64,000 nt of DNA from Sphingobacteriales bacterium (lineage in GTDB: Bacteria > Bacteroidota > Bacteroidia > UKL13-3): the NCBI GenBank assembly GCA_021299635.1, contig JAJTFA010000002.1:249110-313109 (forward strand). The letters are read 5' to 3'. Positions 19,117-28,906 of this stretch are shown piece by piece. The position numbers were made by a program, and so were the translations under genes. The notes beneath the pieces were generated by a model. That model was not told the origin of the DNA and did not search any database. It saw nothing but the letters and a program-made list of their open reading frames with translations. Each line of letters begins with the position of its first letter. The stretch's first letter is position 1.

Positions 19117-20151
19117 ATGAAATATTATAAATATCTCTTACTTCTCCTACTTCCGCAACTCATATATGCGCAGGAAAAACATCTGGCAAACATCAAACAG
19201 CTTACATTCGGAGGTGATAATGCTGAAGCTTATTTTAGTCCGGATAGCAAAAAGCTGAGTTTTCAGTCGAACAACCCATTGTGGGGGCTTAAATGTGATC
19301 AGATTTATTACCTCATTATTGAAGAAGCAGAAGAAAACAAAATATACCAGCCCATGCCGGTAAGCAATGGAGAAGGACGCACCACTTGTTCTTACTATAT
19401 GCCAGACGGAAAGAAGATTTTGTATGCTTCTACATTTAAAGGAGGTAAAGAGTGCCCGCCCGATCCGCCAAAAACAACGAAATATCTATGGTCTATTTAT
19501 CCGGAGTATGATATTTTTATTTCTGATGAAAAAGGAAAATTGCTTAAGCAATTAACTGATCTTCCGGGTTATGATGCAGAAGCCACCGTTTCGCCCAAGG
19601 GAGATAAGATAATTTTCACTTCTACCAGGAATGGTGATCTTGATTTATTCATAATGGATATAAATGGTAAAAATGTAAAACAGGTAACCAATACCTTGGG
19701 TTATGATGGAGGTGCATTTTTTTCTCCTGATGGAAGTAAAATTGTTTTCAGGGCATCTAGGCCGCAAGGAGAAGATACAATTGAGTACAAAGCGCTGCTG
19801 GCAAAAGGTTTGGTTCAGCCAACCAAAATGGAACTTTTTGTGATGAATGCAGATGGCACAGGCATACGCCAAATTACCAATTTAGGCAAAGCCAACTGGG
19901 CGCCCTTTTATCACCCTTCAGGAAAGAAAATCATTTTTTCCTCTAATCATCACTCCGACAAAGGGTATGATTTTCAGTTATTCATGATTAATGAAGATGG
20001 TACAGGTTTAGAGCAGATCAGTACTGAAAGTAAATTTAATGCTTTTCCAATGTTTTCACCGGATGGTAAAAAGTTGGTGTTCTCCTCAAACCGCAATAAT
20101 GGCGGAACAACTGATACCAATCTATTTGTTGCAGATTGGGTTGAAGAATAA
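19117..20151 (+). CDS. TolB-like beta-propeller (PD40 repeat) periplasmic protein
   Basis: Signal peptide; repeated F/VSPDG-K-IIF-S and QLT motifs. Confidence 0.85.
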   Translation: MKYYKYLLLLLLPQLIYAQEKHLANIKQLTFGGDNAEAYFSPDSKKLSFQSNNPLWGLKCDQIYYLIIEEAEENKIYQPMPVSNGEGRTTCSYYMPDGKKILYASTFKGGKECPPDPPKTTKYLWSIYPEYDIFISDEKGKLLKQLTDLPGYDAEATVSPKGDKIIFTSTRNGDLDLFIMDINGKNVKQVTNTLGYDGGAFFSPDGSKIVFRASRPQGEDTIEYKALLAKGLVQPTKMELFVMNADGTGIRQITNLGKANWAPFYHPSGKKIIFSSNHHSDKGYDFQLFMINEDGTGLEQISTESKFNAFPMFSPDGKKLVFSSNRNNGGTTDTNLFVADWVEE

Positions 20152-20212
20152 TCACGTGATATAGGTTTTGATAACAGATGCGCCCGCGGCTTTGTTAAGC
20201 AAGAAAAACAAT

Positions 20213-21337
20213 CTATTCCCTGATTCTACCAACACCAAAAGTATGCCGATAAGTGAAGTATAATGAATAGGAATAATCCAGCTGTGCTGCAGCCGGATTA
20301 TATAACGGCTCAAAGCGCGCATCTATATAGAGATGCTCAGAAATCTTCTTCTGATAAACCACACGTAAAAAAAGCAATTCCCGATTTTTCAGCAGCAGTC
20401 CGGGCTTATCTATCGAAACCGATTGGTAAATTGATGTTCCGCGTGGCGCTATAAATTGTTGGGCTTTCCAGTAACTGAGTATTAAGGTTAAATCTGCAAT
20501 TCTTGCCGATAGGTTTGCGAATATGCCATTGCCGTTTCTGTATGCATAATTTCCGGATTGGGTCTGCTCAGCAAAACCAACCCAATAGAAATTGCCTTCT
20601 ATATATTTAATTGATCCGGCCAGCTTTCTCTTTGCAAGAAAACCAACTGCACCATTCAGCACCATTTCCATATTCCCTGTATCGGAGTCAATTTGTCCGC
20701 CTTTGTGATGGGCGGTGAATTGGGTGCTTACAAAAATTTCGGTATGGTTGGACGTTTGCAACAAACGAGGCATAAGATTAAAGCCTGTTGTGAATCTTTC
20801 TTTAAACGGGTCCTTTCTTTCAATAAATTGTTCCCAATTAATCCATACATCATAAAAGCCCTTCTCATTTTCTCTTTTAAATTGAAACCCATTTTCAATT
20901 CTGCGTTCAATTGCTGCATTGATATCAAATAGAGGTTCTATGAGCCGGTGATTTAATGCTCCTTCCAGTGTGCCGAAAAGAAAATGATTATGCTTTCCGC
21001 TGTTCAGTTGCAGCGTAAATGTGGGTAAAACTTGTGTAAAGGCCCTTTTACCGCCAAAATCATTTCTGGCAAATACACCAAATAATAGGCAATACTGATG
21101 GCCGGGTTTAATATACACTGATGGTTGTAGCTGATAACCAAAAAGCGTTCGGCCCAACTCAATATCATTAAAATATTCGGTATTACGCATATAAGGCATG
21201 GCCTCAATATGAAATCCAATGGTTTGGCTATCGGTTTTGTAAATATTACGGGAATCAGTAATGATATGGTTATCTATTTGCCCAAGTGCGGGCAGAAACC
21301 AAACCATTATGACTACGGAAAATAAAATTTGTCTCAA
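20213..21337 (-). CDS. hypothetical outer-membrane protein
   Basis: Signal peptide; aromatic-rich beta-strand pattern; NTEYFN...GRTLFG and HRLIEPLF segments. Confidence 0.55.
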   Translation of the reverse strand: MRQILFSVVIMVWFLPALGQIDNHIITDSRNIYKTDSQTIGFHIEAMPYMRNTEYFNDIELGRTLFGYQLQPSVYIKPGHQYCLLFGVFARNDFGGKRAFTQVLPTFTLQLNSGKHNHFLFGTLEGALNHRLIEPLFDINAAIERRIENGFQFKRENEKGFYDVWINWEQFIERKDPFKERFTTGFNLMPRLLQTSNHTEIFVSTQFTAHHKGGQIDSDTGNMEMVLNGAVGFLAKRKLAGSIKYIEGNFYWVGFAEQTQSGNYAYRNGNGIFANLSARIADLTLILSYWKAQQFIAPRGTSIYQSVSIDKPGLLLKNRELLFLRVVYQKKISEHLYIDARFEPLYNPAAAQLDYSYSLYFTYRHTFGVGRIRE

Positions 21338-21363
21338 GTTGTTCGAAGGTAAATAAAATCAAC

Positions 21364-21397
21364 AAAAAAGGCTGTTTCAGTTAGCGAAACAGCCTTT
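21364..21397 (-). terminator. intrinsic terminator after sucD
   Basis: AAAGGCTGTTTC / GAAACAGCCTTT stem; an A run on the + strand gives the U tract on the - strand. Confidence 0.8.
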
Positions 21398-21417
21398 AAT
21401 AATAAAGTGATATAAAA

Positions 21418-22305
21418 TTATTTACCCGCTTTAACGCCAATCACCTCAGCCATTTTTGATCCAATCTCGGCTGGAGAAGCAACTACATGCAAGCCACATT
21501 CCGACATGATTCTCATTTTGGCTTCGGCAGTATCATCTTTACCTCCAATAATTGCACCGGCATGACCCATCCTTCTGCCCGGAGGTGCTGTTTGGCCCGC
21601 TATAAAACCTACAACAGGTTTTTTGTTTCCATTGGCTTTAATCCATCGGGCAGCATCTGCTTCGTAGCTTCCGCCAATTTCGCCAATCATTACAATGGCA
21701 TCGGTTTCAGAATCGTTCATCAGCATTTCAACGGCATCTTTAGTTGGGGTTCCAATAATCGGGTCTCCTCCAATACCAATTGCAGTCGATATTCCTAAGC
21801 CAGCTTTCACAATCTGATCGGCCGCTTCGTAGGTAAGTGTACCGGATTTGGAAACAATACCAATTTTTCCTGATTTGAAAACAAAGCCTGGCATAATCCC
21901 TACTTTGGCTTCGCCTGGTGTAATTACACCCGGGCAGTTGGGGCCAATTAAAACGCAGCCTTTGCTTTTAACATATTCTTTTACCGGTATCATATCCTTC
22001 ACAGGAATACCTTCAGTAATGCAAACAATTACTTTAATTCCGGCATCGGCAGCTTCCATAATTGCATCGGCAGCAAAAGCCGGAGGAACGAAGATGATGG
22101 AAACATCTGCCCCTGCTTTATCCACAGCTTCTTTTACGGTATTGAAAACAGGCTTATCCAAATGTGTTTGGCCACCCTTTCCCGGTGTTACTCCGCCAAC
22201 CACGTTGGTTCCGTATTCAATCATTTGCTGTGCGTGGAAAGACCCTTCACTTCCGGTAAATCCCTGTACTATTACTTTTGATTTTTTGTTAACTAATACT
22301 GCCAT
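21418..22305 (-). CDS. sucD: succinyl-CoA synthetase alpha subunit
   Basis: [39 protein letters not shown]. Confidence 0.97.
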   Translation of the reverse strand: MAVLVNKKSKVIVQGFTGSEGSFHAQQMIEYGTNVVGGVTPGKGGQTHLDKPVFNTVKEAVDKAGADVSIIFVPPAFAADAIMEAADAGIKVIVCITEGIPVKDMIPVKEYVKSKGCVLIGPNCPGVITPGEAKVGIMPGFVFKSGKIGIVSKSGTLTYEAADQIVKAGLGISTAIGIGGDPIIGTPTKDAVEMLMNDSETDAIVMIGEIGGSYEADAARWIKANGNKKPVVGFIAGQTAPPGRRMGHAGAIIGGKDDTAEAKMRIMSECGLHVVASPAEIGSKMAEVIGVKAGK

Positions 22306-22455
22306 TTTGTTTTTGTAGTTGTATATTTTAAGTGGGCAAATATGCGTTTTTTTAAGGAAAAATACCTTAGCCAATCATCGCCTTACATATTAGCCCTGAG
22401 CAATTGCAGCTGAAATATTTGATAGTGTGCAAAATCCATTGCCAATAGGCATATT

Positions 22456-24231
22456 TTATAGCGTAGAATTGGTTTCGGCAAACTGCATCTGATAAAGTTG
22501 ATGGTACATCCCATTCTGCTTCAGCAGTTTTTCGTGCGAGCCCTGTTCTGCTATCTCACCTTTGTCTAAGACCAAAATTTCATCGGCATGCTGTATGGTG
22601 CTTAGCCTATGTGCAATTACAATACTTGTTCTGCCTTTCATCATTTGTTTAATAGCATGCTGTATTGTTTCTTCTGTTTCATGATCTACCGAAGAAGTTG
22701 CTTCATCCAGTATGAGCACCGCAGGGTTGGTTACCATCGCTCTTACAAAAGAAATAAGTTGCCGCTGTCCTACGGATAGGGTGGCACCGCGTTCATACAC
22801 ATTCTGATGATAACCTTGAGGCAATTGCTTAATAAATTCATGAGCGCCCAGCATTTTTGCTGTCTCTATTACTCTCTCTTCGCTAATATCCGGATGATGC
22901 AGCCGAATATTATCTAAAACCGAACCACTGAATAAAAATACATCCTGCAGCACTACCGCTATGTGTTTTCGCAACTCATAGATATCCATTTCCTGAATAT
23001 TTATTCCATCTACCAAAATACTGCCTTTATTTATTTCATAGAAACGGCTGATGAGATTAATCACAGATGATTTGCCTGCTCCTGTTGCGCCAACCAGAGC
23101 AAGTGTTTTACCCGGAGCAACATGAAAACTCATATCTTTTAATACATCAAATCCTTCCTTATAAGCAAACCAAACATATTTAAATTCTATATCACCCTTT
23201 ATTTGAGGAACAGGCAGTTTACCTGTTGGTTGTATATTATTTTTTTCATCAAGCAAATCGAAAATACGGTTTGCTGCCACCATCCCCATTTGCAAGGTAT
23301 TGAATCGATCAGCCAGTTGCCTGATAGGTCTGAAAAACATATTAATGTACATGATGAAAGCAACCATTGCACCAACTGAAATATCATGGGCCATTATAGC
23401 TTTAGCCCCATACCAAACGATAAGTGCGGTTGATGTGGCTGCTATGAGTTCTACAACAGGAAAAAAAACGGAATAATACATTACCCCGCGGATATTGGCA
23501 TCTCTATGCTGTGCGTTAATCTCTTTAAAATTTCCATATTCTGTTGCCTCTCTATTAAACAGCTGAACAATTTGCATGCCCTGTATATGCTCCTGTACAA
23601 ATGTATTTAAACGTGCAACCTGATTTCTCACATCTTCAAAAGATATTCTTACCTTCTCCTTAAAAATATAACTTGCATATAGCAATAAAGGCAGTACGGA
23701 TAAACTCACCAGCGATAGTTTCCAATCCGTTCCGAACATCATGCTTAATATAAATACAATCTGCAGGATATCGCCAGATATATTTATGAGCCCTTCACTA
23801 AAAACATCTGCTATGGTTTCAATGTCAGAAACGGTGCGTGTAACCAATGTTCCTACAGGTGTCTTATCATAAAACAATAACTTAAGACCGGTTAAATAAT
23901 CAAACACCTTCAGTCGAAGATCTTTTATAACATTTTGCCCCAGATAATTGGTGAGAACTGTGCTCCATACCTGAATGCCACTTTGAAATACAAGTATTCC
24001 CAAAATCAGCAAACACATATTTATGAGGCCACTTGCATTGCTTGTGGCAATATATTCATCTATGGTGTGTTGAATGAGATAAGGCCTCAACGGCCCTAAA
24101 AAAGAGGTAAGTGTGGTTAGAATAATGGCTATATAAACCTTTTTTTGATAAGGTTTTGCAAGCCCATAAACACGTTTCAGCAGAGTCAAATCAAACGCTT
24201 TGCCTTGTTTAAATGTGCGTGTTACTGTCAT
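22456..24231 (-). CDS. ABC exporter, fused TMD + NBD (MdlB/MsbA-like)
   Basis: TM domain; Walker A GATGAGKS; LSVGQRQ; ILDEATS; IAHRLST. Confidence 0.93.
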   Translation of the reverse strand: MTVTRTFKQGKAFDLTLLKRVYGLAKPYQKKVYIAIILTTLTSFLGPLRPYLIQHTIDEYIATSNASGLINMCLLILGILVFQSGIQVWSTVLTNYLGQNVIKDLRLKVFDYLTGLKLLFYDKTPVGTLVTRTVSDIETIADVFSEGLINISGDILQIVFILSMMFGTDWKLSLVSLSVLPLLLYASYIFKEKVRISFEDVRNQVARLNTFVQEHIQGMQIVQLFNREATEYGNFKEINAQHRDANIRGVMYYSVFFPVVELIAATSTALIVWYGAKAIMAHDISVGAMVAFIMYINMFFRPIRQLADRFNTLQMGMVAANRIFDLLDEKNNIQPTGKLPVPQIKGDIEFKYVWFAYKEGFDVLKDMSFHVAPGKTLALVGATGAGKSSVINLISRFYEINKGSILVDGINIQEMDIYELRKHIAVVLQDVFLFSGSVLDNIRLHHPDISEERVIETAKMLGAHEFIKQLPQGYHQNVYERGATLSVGQRQLISFVRAMVTNPAVLILDEATSSVDHETEETIQHAIKQMMKGRTSIVIAHRLSTIQHADEILVLDKGEIAEQGSHEKLLKQNGMYHQLYQMQFAETNSTL

Positions 24232-24977
24232 GACTGAATTAGCTGTTGCGGATAATAAACGGCTGTTAAAAAAAGGCCATGTGCTGGCACAGATTGTCCT
24301 GCTTCTGAGCGATTTCGGCTGTTTAAAATTTGACCAAATTGTTCAATGGTAATATTGTTTCTGCCAACTTCAACCAATGTTCCTACAATGGCTCGTACCA
24401 TATTTCGTAAAAACCTGTTGGCGCGAATGGAAAAGATAATTTTATTATCAATTGCGCTCCATTCAGCGAGCATCACTTCACAATTAAAATTGTTTACTTG
24501 GGTATGAACCTTGCTGAAACACTCAAAGTCTTTGTGTTGAAGAAGCAATGCAGCTGCCTCATTCATTTTATCTATTTGCAGGTTGCCGTATTGATACCAG
24601 GCAAGTTGTTTAGCAAATGGATCGGGTACTTTTGTGATGTGATACTCATATGCCCTCCATGCAGCATCAAAACGCGCATTAAATTCATCCTTTACTGCAA
24701 TACAATCAAAGACTGCAATGTCATCTGGCAACATTTGATTGAGTTTAAAAATCATTTTATCAAAATCAGCAATGGGTTTGCTGCAATCAAAATGAGCATA
24801 ATAAACCTTAGCATGCACACCGGTATCCGTGCGACCGCAACCTAATGTTTCAATATTTTCACCAAGTAAAAGAGAGAGTCTGTTATCCAGCTCCTGTTGC
24901 ACCGTATGGGCGTTGTGCTGTTTTTGCCAGCCATGATAATTTGTACCGTTATAAGCAAGTGAAAGCAAATATCGCAT
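24228..24977 (-). CDS. truA: tRNA pseudouridine(38-40) synthase
   Basis: YNGTNYHGWQ, GRTDTGVHA, FLRNMVR, GLFL. Confidence 0.97.
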   Translation of the reverse strand: MRYLLSLAYNGTNYHGWQKQHNAHTVQQELDNRLSLLLGENIETLGCGRTDTGVHAKVYYAHFDCSKPIADFDKMIFKLNQMLPDDIAVFDCIAVKDEFNARFDAAWRAYEYHITKVPDPFAKQLAWYQYGNLQIDKMNEAAALLLQHKDFECFSKVHTQVNNFNCEVMLAEWSAIDNKIIFSIRANRFLRNMVRAIVGTLVEVGRNNITIEQFGQILNSRNRSEAGQSVPAHGLFLTAVYYPQQLIQS

Positions 24978-24980
24978 ACC

Positions 24981-26177
24981 TTACATTTTCTCGTAAATCA
25001 CTGCCACCCCCTGACCTACGCCTATGCACATGGTTGCTACACCATAACGCACATTTCTTTTTTGCATTTCATGAATGAGTGTGGTGCTAATGCGTGCTCC
25101 GCTGCAACCCAGCGGATGACCCAATGCAATGGCACCACCATTAACATTAACCACATCCGGATTAACACCCAATTCTTTCATACATGCTATACTCTGAGAA
25201 GCGAACGCCTCATTTAATTCCATGAGCCCAATTTCGTTTATGGTTAAACCTGCGCGCTTCAACGCTTTTTGTGTGGCTGGTACTGGTCCAATTCCCATAA
25301 TGGCCGGCTCCACTCCGGCAACACCTCTGGCAACTATTCTGGCTAATGGTTTCAGGTTATAGGATTTAACAGCATCCTCTGAGGCGAGTAACAATATAGA
25401 TGCACCATCATTTACTCCGCTGGAATTACCTGCGGTAACAGTTCCATCTTTTTTAAAAGCAGGCTTAAGTTTAGCCAATTCTTCAAGTGTAGTTTGGCGC
25501 GGATGCTCATCTTTATCAAATGGTATGGATTCTCCTTTCTTCTGCGGTATTGTTACGGCAATCATTTCTTCTTTAAAACGGTTAGCCGCATGTGCAGCCG
25601 CATACTTTTGCTGAGATGCCAGCGCAAAAGCATCTTGCTCCTCTCTGGATATTTTCCATCGTTCAGCAACATTTTCCGCAGTTTCACCCATGCTGTATGG
25701 ATGATACAAGGCTGCAAGTTTTTTATTGGTAAATCGCCAGCCAATGGTTGTATCATATATTTCAGGAACACGGGCAAATGCCTGTTCAGCTTTTGCCATC
25801 ACAAATGGTGCGCGTGTCATACTTTCCACACCACCTGCCAGATATATTTGACCATCACCGCAGGCAATGGCTCTGCTGGCATCAGCTATGGCCTGCAGGC
25901 CCGATGCGCATAAACGGTTAACCGTATTGCCCCCAATTTCAATTGGCAAGCCGGCCAGCAATAATGCCATACGGGCTACATTACGGTTATCTTCTCCTGC
26001 CTGGTTTGCAGCACCCAAAATCACATCCTCAATTGCAGCTACATCAACTGTAGGGTTGCGTTCAATAATGGCCTTAATTACATATGCCGCCAGATCATCG
26101 GGCCTCACAGTGGCAAGTGCGCCCCCATAACGGCCAACTGGTGTGCGTAAAGCATCTACTACATATACTGTTTTCAT
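24981..26177 (-). CDS. thiolase (3-oxoadipyl-CoA thiolase PcaF/PaaJ-like)
   Basis: NQAGEDNRNVARM, NRLCASG, DTTIGWRF, NEAFA, GHPLG, CIGVGQG; -7 element at 26204-26211. Confidence 0.9.
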   Translation of the reverse strand: MKTVYVVDALRTPVGRYGGALATVRPDDLAAYVIKAIIERNPTVDVAAIEDVILGAANQAGEDNRNVARMALLLAGLPIEIGGNTVNRLCASGLQAIADASRAIACGDGQIYLAGGVESMTRAPFVMAKAEQAFARVPEIYDTTIGWRFTNKKLAALYHPYSMGETAENVAERWKISREEQDAFALASQQKYAAAHAANRFKEEMIAVTIPQKKGESIPFDKDEHPRQTTLEELAKLKPAFKKDGTVTAGNSSGVNDGASILLLASEDAVKSYNLKPLARIVARGVAGVEPAIMGIGPVPATQKALKRAGLTINEIGLMELNEAFASQSIACMKELGVNPDVVNVNGGAIALGHPLGCSGARISTTLIHEMQKRNVRYGVATMCIGVGQGVAVIYEKM

Positions 26178-26260
26178 GGTCAGATTATTCAGGGAATACG
26201 GAGCAAATGTAATTGAATTGTTTAATGAATATAACGTAACTTGCACCAAATTTCATTCAC

Positions 26261-26743
26261 ATGATACAAAGACTCCAAACAGTTTATTTAATTGCCATCA
26301 TTATCATTGCTGCCGTTTCGTGCAGCGGTCAACTTATTAGCAGCCATCAGCTGCTTCCGGGGCAAGTTAAAGACTATACACTCAATGCCATCTATTTCAA
26401 TGTGTATGAAAATGGCATATTGGTTTCATCACAAATTCAGTTCATGCTTATTTTACTTACCTCTGTTCTTATCGGATGGACCATCAATATCATTTTAACC
26501 TATAAAAATCGTGTGAAACAGATGCGCTTTACCAAAATTAATTTTGCAGTAATTGCCATTTATATTCTGGCACTTTTTGTAAAGGCTTTTATGCTTATCC
26601 CTGACTTTAGCTTTAGCGGGCTAAGTTTAAAGTCTACATTTGGTGTAGCCTTGCTAATTTTTATGCTATATTTAAATATGCGTGCGCTTATGCTTATGAA
26701 AAAGGATGATGAGTTGGTGCGAAGCGTAGATAGATTGCGTTAA
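26261..26743 (+). CDS. DUF4293-family membrane protein
   Basis: N-terminus MIQRLQTVYL, YKNRVKQ, C-terminus KKDDELVRSVDRLR. Confidence 0.85.
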   Translation: MIQRLQTVYLIAIIIIAAVSCSGQLISSHQLLPGQVKDYTLNAIYFNVYENGILVSSQIQFMLILLTSVLIGWTINIILTYKNRVKQMRFTKINFAVIAIYILALFVKAFMLIPDFSFSGLSLKSTFGVALLIFMLYLNMRALMLMKKDDELVRSVDRLR

Positions 26744-26762
26744 TACTTTTCCAAAGATTTCT

Positions 26763-27797
26763 ATGCTCGAAAATAAAGGTAAAACAGAGTTAAGTTCGTT
26801 GGGTGAGTTTGGATTAATAGACTTGCTAACATCTCATATCAAGCACTATAACCCTTCAACCATCAAAGGTGTGGGCGATGATGCGGCAGTAATTAAAAAT
26901 GGTAATGTGTGTACGCTTGTATCTACCGATATGTTGCTGGAAGGTGTTCATTTTGATTTGTCTTATTTCCCACTTAGGCATCTGGGTTATAAAAGCATTG
27001 TGGTTAACCTTTCTGATATTTATGCAATGAATGCCCAACCCAAGCAGGTAACGGTGAGTTTTGGCATATCCAGCAAGTTCTCTCTGGAGGCCATAGAAGA
27101 AATTTATGCAGGTATGCTGCTTGCTTGTGAGAATTATAAGGTCGATTTAATTGGGGGCGATACATCTTCATCCAAACAAGGTTTGGTTATTAGCATAACG
27201 GCTATTGGTGAATGCCCTGAAGATAAAATAGTTTATCGTAAAGGTGCCAAACCTATGGATTTACTTTGTGTTACAGGCGATTTGGGTGCAGCCTATATGG
27301 GTTTTCAATTGCTGGAGCGAGAGAAGAGGGTGTATCTAGCCAACCCTGAAATACAGCCCGACCTGGAAGGGCATGATTATATTGTGGAGCGTCAACTGAA
27401 ACCTGAAGCACGAAAGGAAATTATTGATGCACTTGAACAATATCAGCTAAAACCAACGGCCATGATTGATATTTCTGATGGGCTTTCGTCAGAGATATTT
27501 CACTTGTGCAGAAACTCCAATATTGGTATTACACTGTTTGAAGAGAAAATACCTATAGATCCTACAACTTATGAGATGGCAAGAGAAATGGATCTCGACC
27601 CTACCTTGTGTGCACTTAGCGGAGGCGAAGATTATGAATTGCTTTTTACCATAGATCAGAAAGATTATGATAAAATCAAAAATCATCCTGAAATTAGTAT
27701 AATTGGTCATTGCACCGATGAGGCAGAGGGCATACACCTGATCACTAAATCCGGTAATAAGCATGCCTTGCAGGCGCAGGGTTGGAAAGCCTTTTAA
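26763..27797 (+). CDS. thiL: thiamine-monophosphate kinase
   Basis: GEFGLI, GDDAA, EGVHF, NLSDIYAM, GGDT, DISDGL, GGEDYEL. Confidence 0.96.
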   Translation: MLENKGKTELSSLGEFGLIDLLTSHIKHYNPSTIKGVGDDAAVIKNGNVCTLVSTDMLLEGVHFDLSYFPLRHLGYKSIVVNLSDIYAMNAQPKQVTVSFGISSKFSLEAIEEIYAGMLLACENYKVDLIGGDTSSSKQGLVISITAIGECPEDKIVYRKGAKPMDLLCVTGDLGAAYMGFQLLEREKRVYLANPEIQPDLEGHDYIVERQLKPEARKEIIDALEQYQLKPTAMIDISDGLSSEIFHLCRNSNIGITLFEEKIPIDPTTYEMAREMDLDPTLCALSGGEDYELLFTIDQKDYDKIKNHPEISIIGHCTDEAEGIHLITKSGNKHALQAQGWKAF

Positions 27798-27800
27798 TCA

Positions 27801-28220
27801 ATGGGGCGTATCGTAGCTATAGATTATGGAGCAAAGCGCTGTGGTGTGGCTGCAACCGATCCGCTGCAGATTATTGCGGGGGCTATTGCAACCATAGATA
27901 CCAAACAAATACTTACGTATTTAAAAGATTACCTAAGTAAAGAGCAGGTAGATGTGTTGGTGGTGGGAAAGCCCATGCGGTTGGATGGCAGTGATACCCA
28001 TTCCACAGCTGCTGCAGAAAAATTCGTAACTTCGCTGCGTCAGTTATTCCCAACTCAACAAGTGGAGCAAGTTGATGAAAGATTTACTTCAGCCATTGCT
28101 CAAAGAAGCTTGCTGGAAATGGGTTTGAAGAAAAAAGACAGACAAAAAAAAGAGAACATAGACCAGGTAAGTGCAGCATTGATATTGCAAACCTACCTTG
28201 AAATGAAAAACATAAAGTAA
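27801..28220 (+). CDS. ruvX: YqgF/RuvX pre-16S rRNA nuclease
   Basis: AIDYGAKRCGVA, VVGKP, DERFTS, ID.VSA.LILQ. Confidence 0.95.
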   Translation: MGRIVAIDYGAKRCGVAATDPLQIIAGAIATIDTKQILTYLKDYLSKEQVDVLVVGKPMRLDGSDTHSTAAAEKFVTSLRQLFPTQQVEQVDERFTSAIAQRSLLEMGLKKKDRQKKENIDQVSAALILQTYLEMKNIK

Positions 28221-28222
28221 CC

Positions 28223-28777
28223 ATGATTCTACCAATTGTTGCATTTGGCGACCCCGTGTTACGCAAAAAAGCAGTAAACATTAGCAAAGATTATGATGGC
28301 TTGGAAATGCTTCTGGACAGCATGTTTGAAACCATGTATGCTTCGCATGGTGTGGGTCTTGCAGCTCCGCAAGTTGGCAAGTCTATCAATCTGTTTATGC
28401 TGGACACTGCTCCTTTTGAAGACGAAAAGTATCCTGCACTTAAGAAGGTATTCATTAACCCTGAAATTATTGATGAATCCGGTGAAATATGGGAGTTTGA
28501 AGAAGGCTGCTTAAGCATTCCGCATATCCGAGAAAACGTTAAGCGATACACAAGTCTTACCATCCGCTATCAGAATGAGAATTTTGAGCAACTCGAAGAG
28601 TCCTATGATGGCATTGCAGCAAGGGTTATACAGCATGAATACGACCATTGTCAGGGTAAGCTTTTCGTAGACCACTTATCTGAACTGAAAAAGAGGTTGT
28701 TAAAAAATAAACTCATTAGCATATCTAAAGGTGCAGTAAAAGTAGATTACAGAATGCGTTTTCCTTCTGCCCGCTAA
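28223..28777 (+). CDS. def: peptide deformylase
   Basis: GVGLAAPQ, EGCLS, QHEYDH. Confidence 0.97.
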   Translation: MILPIVAFGDPVLRKKAVNISKDYDGLEMLLDSMFETMYASHGVGLAAPQVGKSINLFMLDTAPFEDEKYPALKKVFINPEIIDESGEIWEFEEGCLSIPHIRENVKRYTSLTIRYQNENFEQLEESYDGIAARVIQHEYDHCQGKLFVDHLSELKKRLLKNKLISISKGAVKVDYRMRFPSAR

Positions 28778-28906
28778 GCCGTTTGCGGCTCTATTTTGCA
28801 AATGCTTACGTTCTGATTTGTATTTTCTGCAAAATTCACATAGAAAATTATCATTTGCCTGTTATGTTTAATTTTTGCATTTTGCTTCCTTGCAAACAAA
28901 AAAGCC

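Noticed and set aside
21418..22305. sucD without adjacent sucC
   Set aside because: Unlinked sucC and sucD are usual in Bacteroidota.
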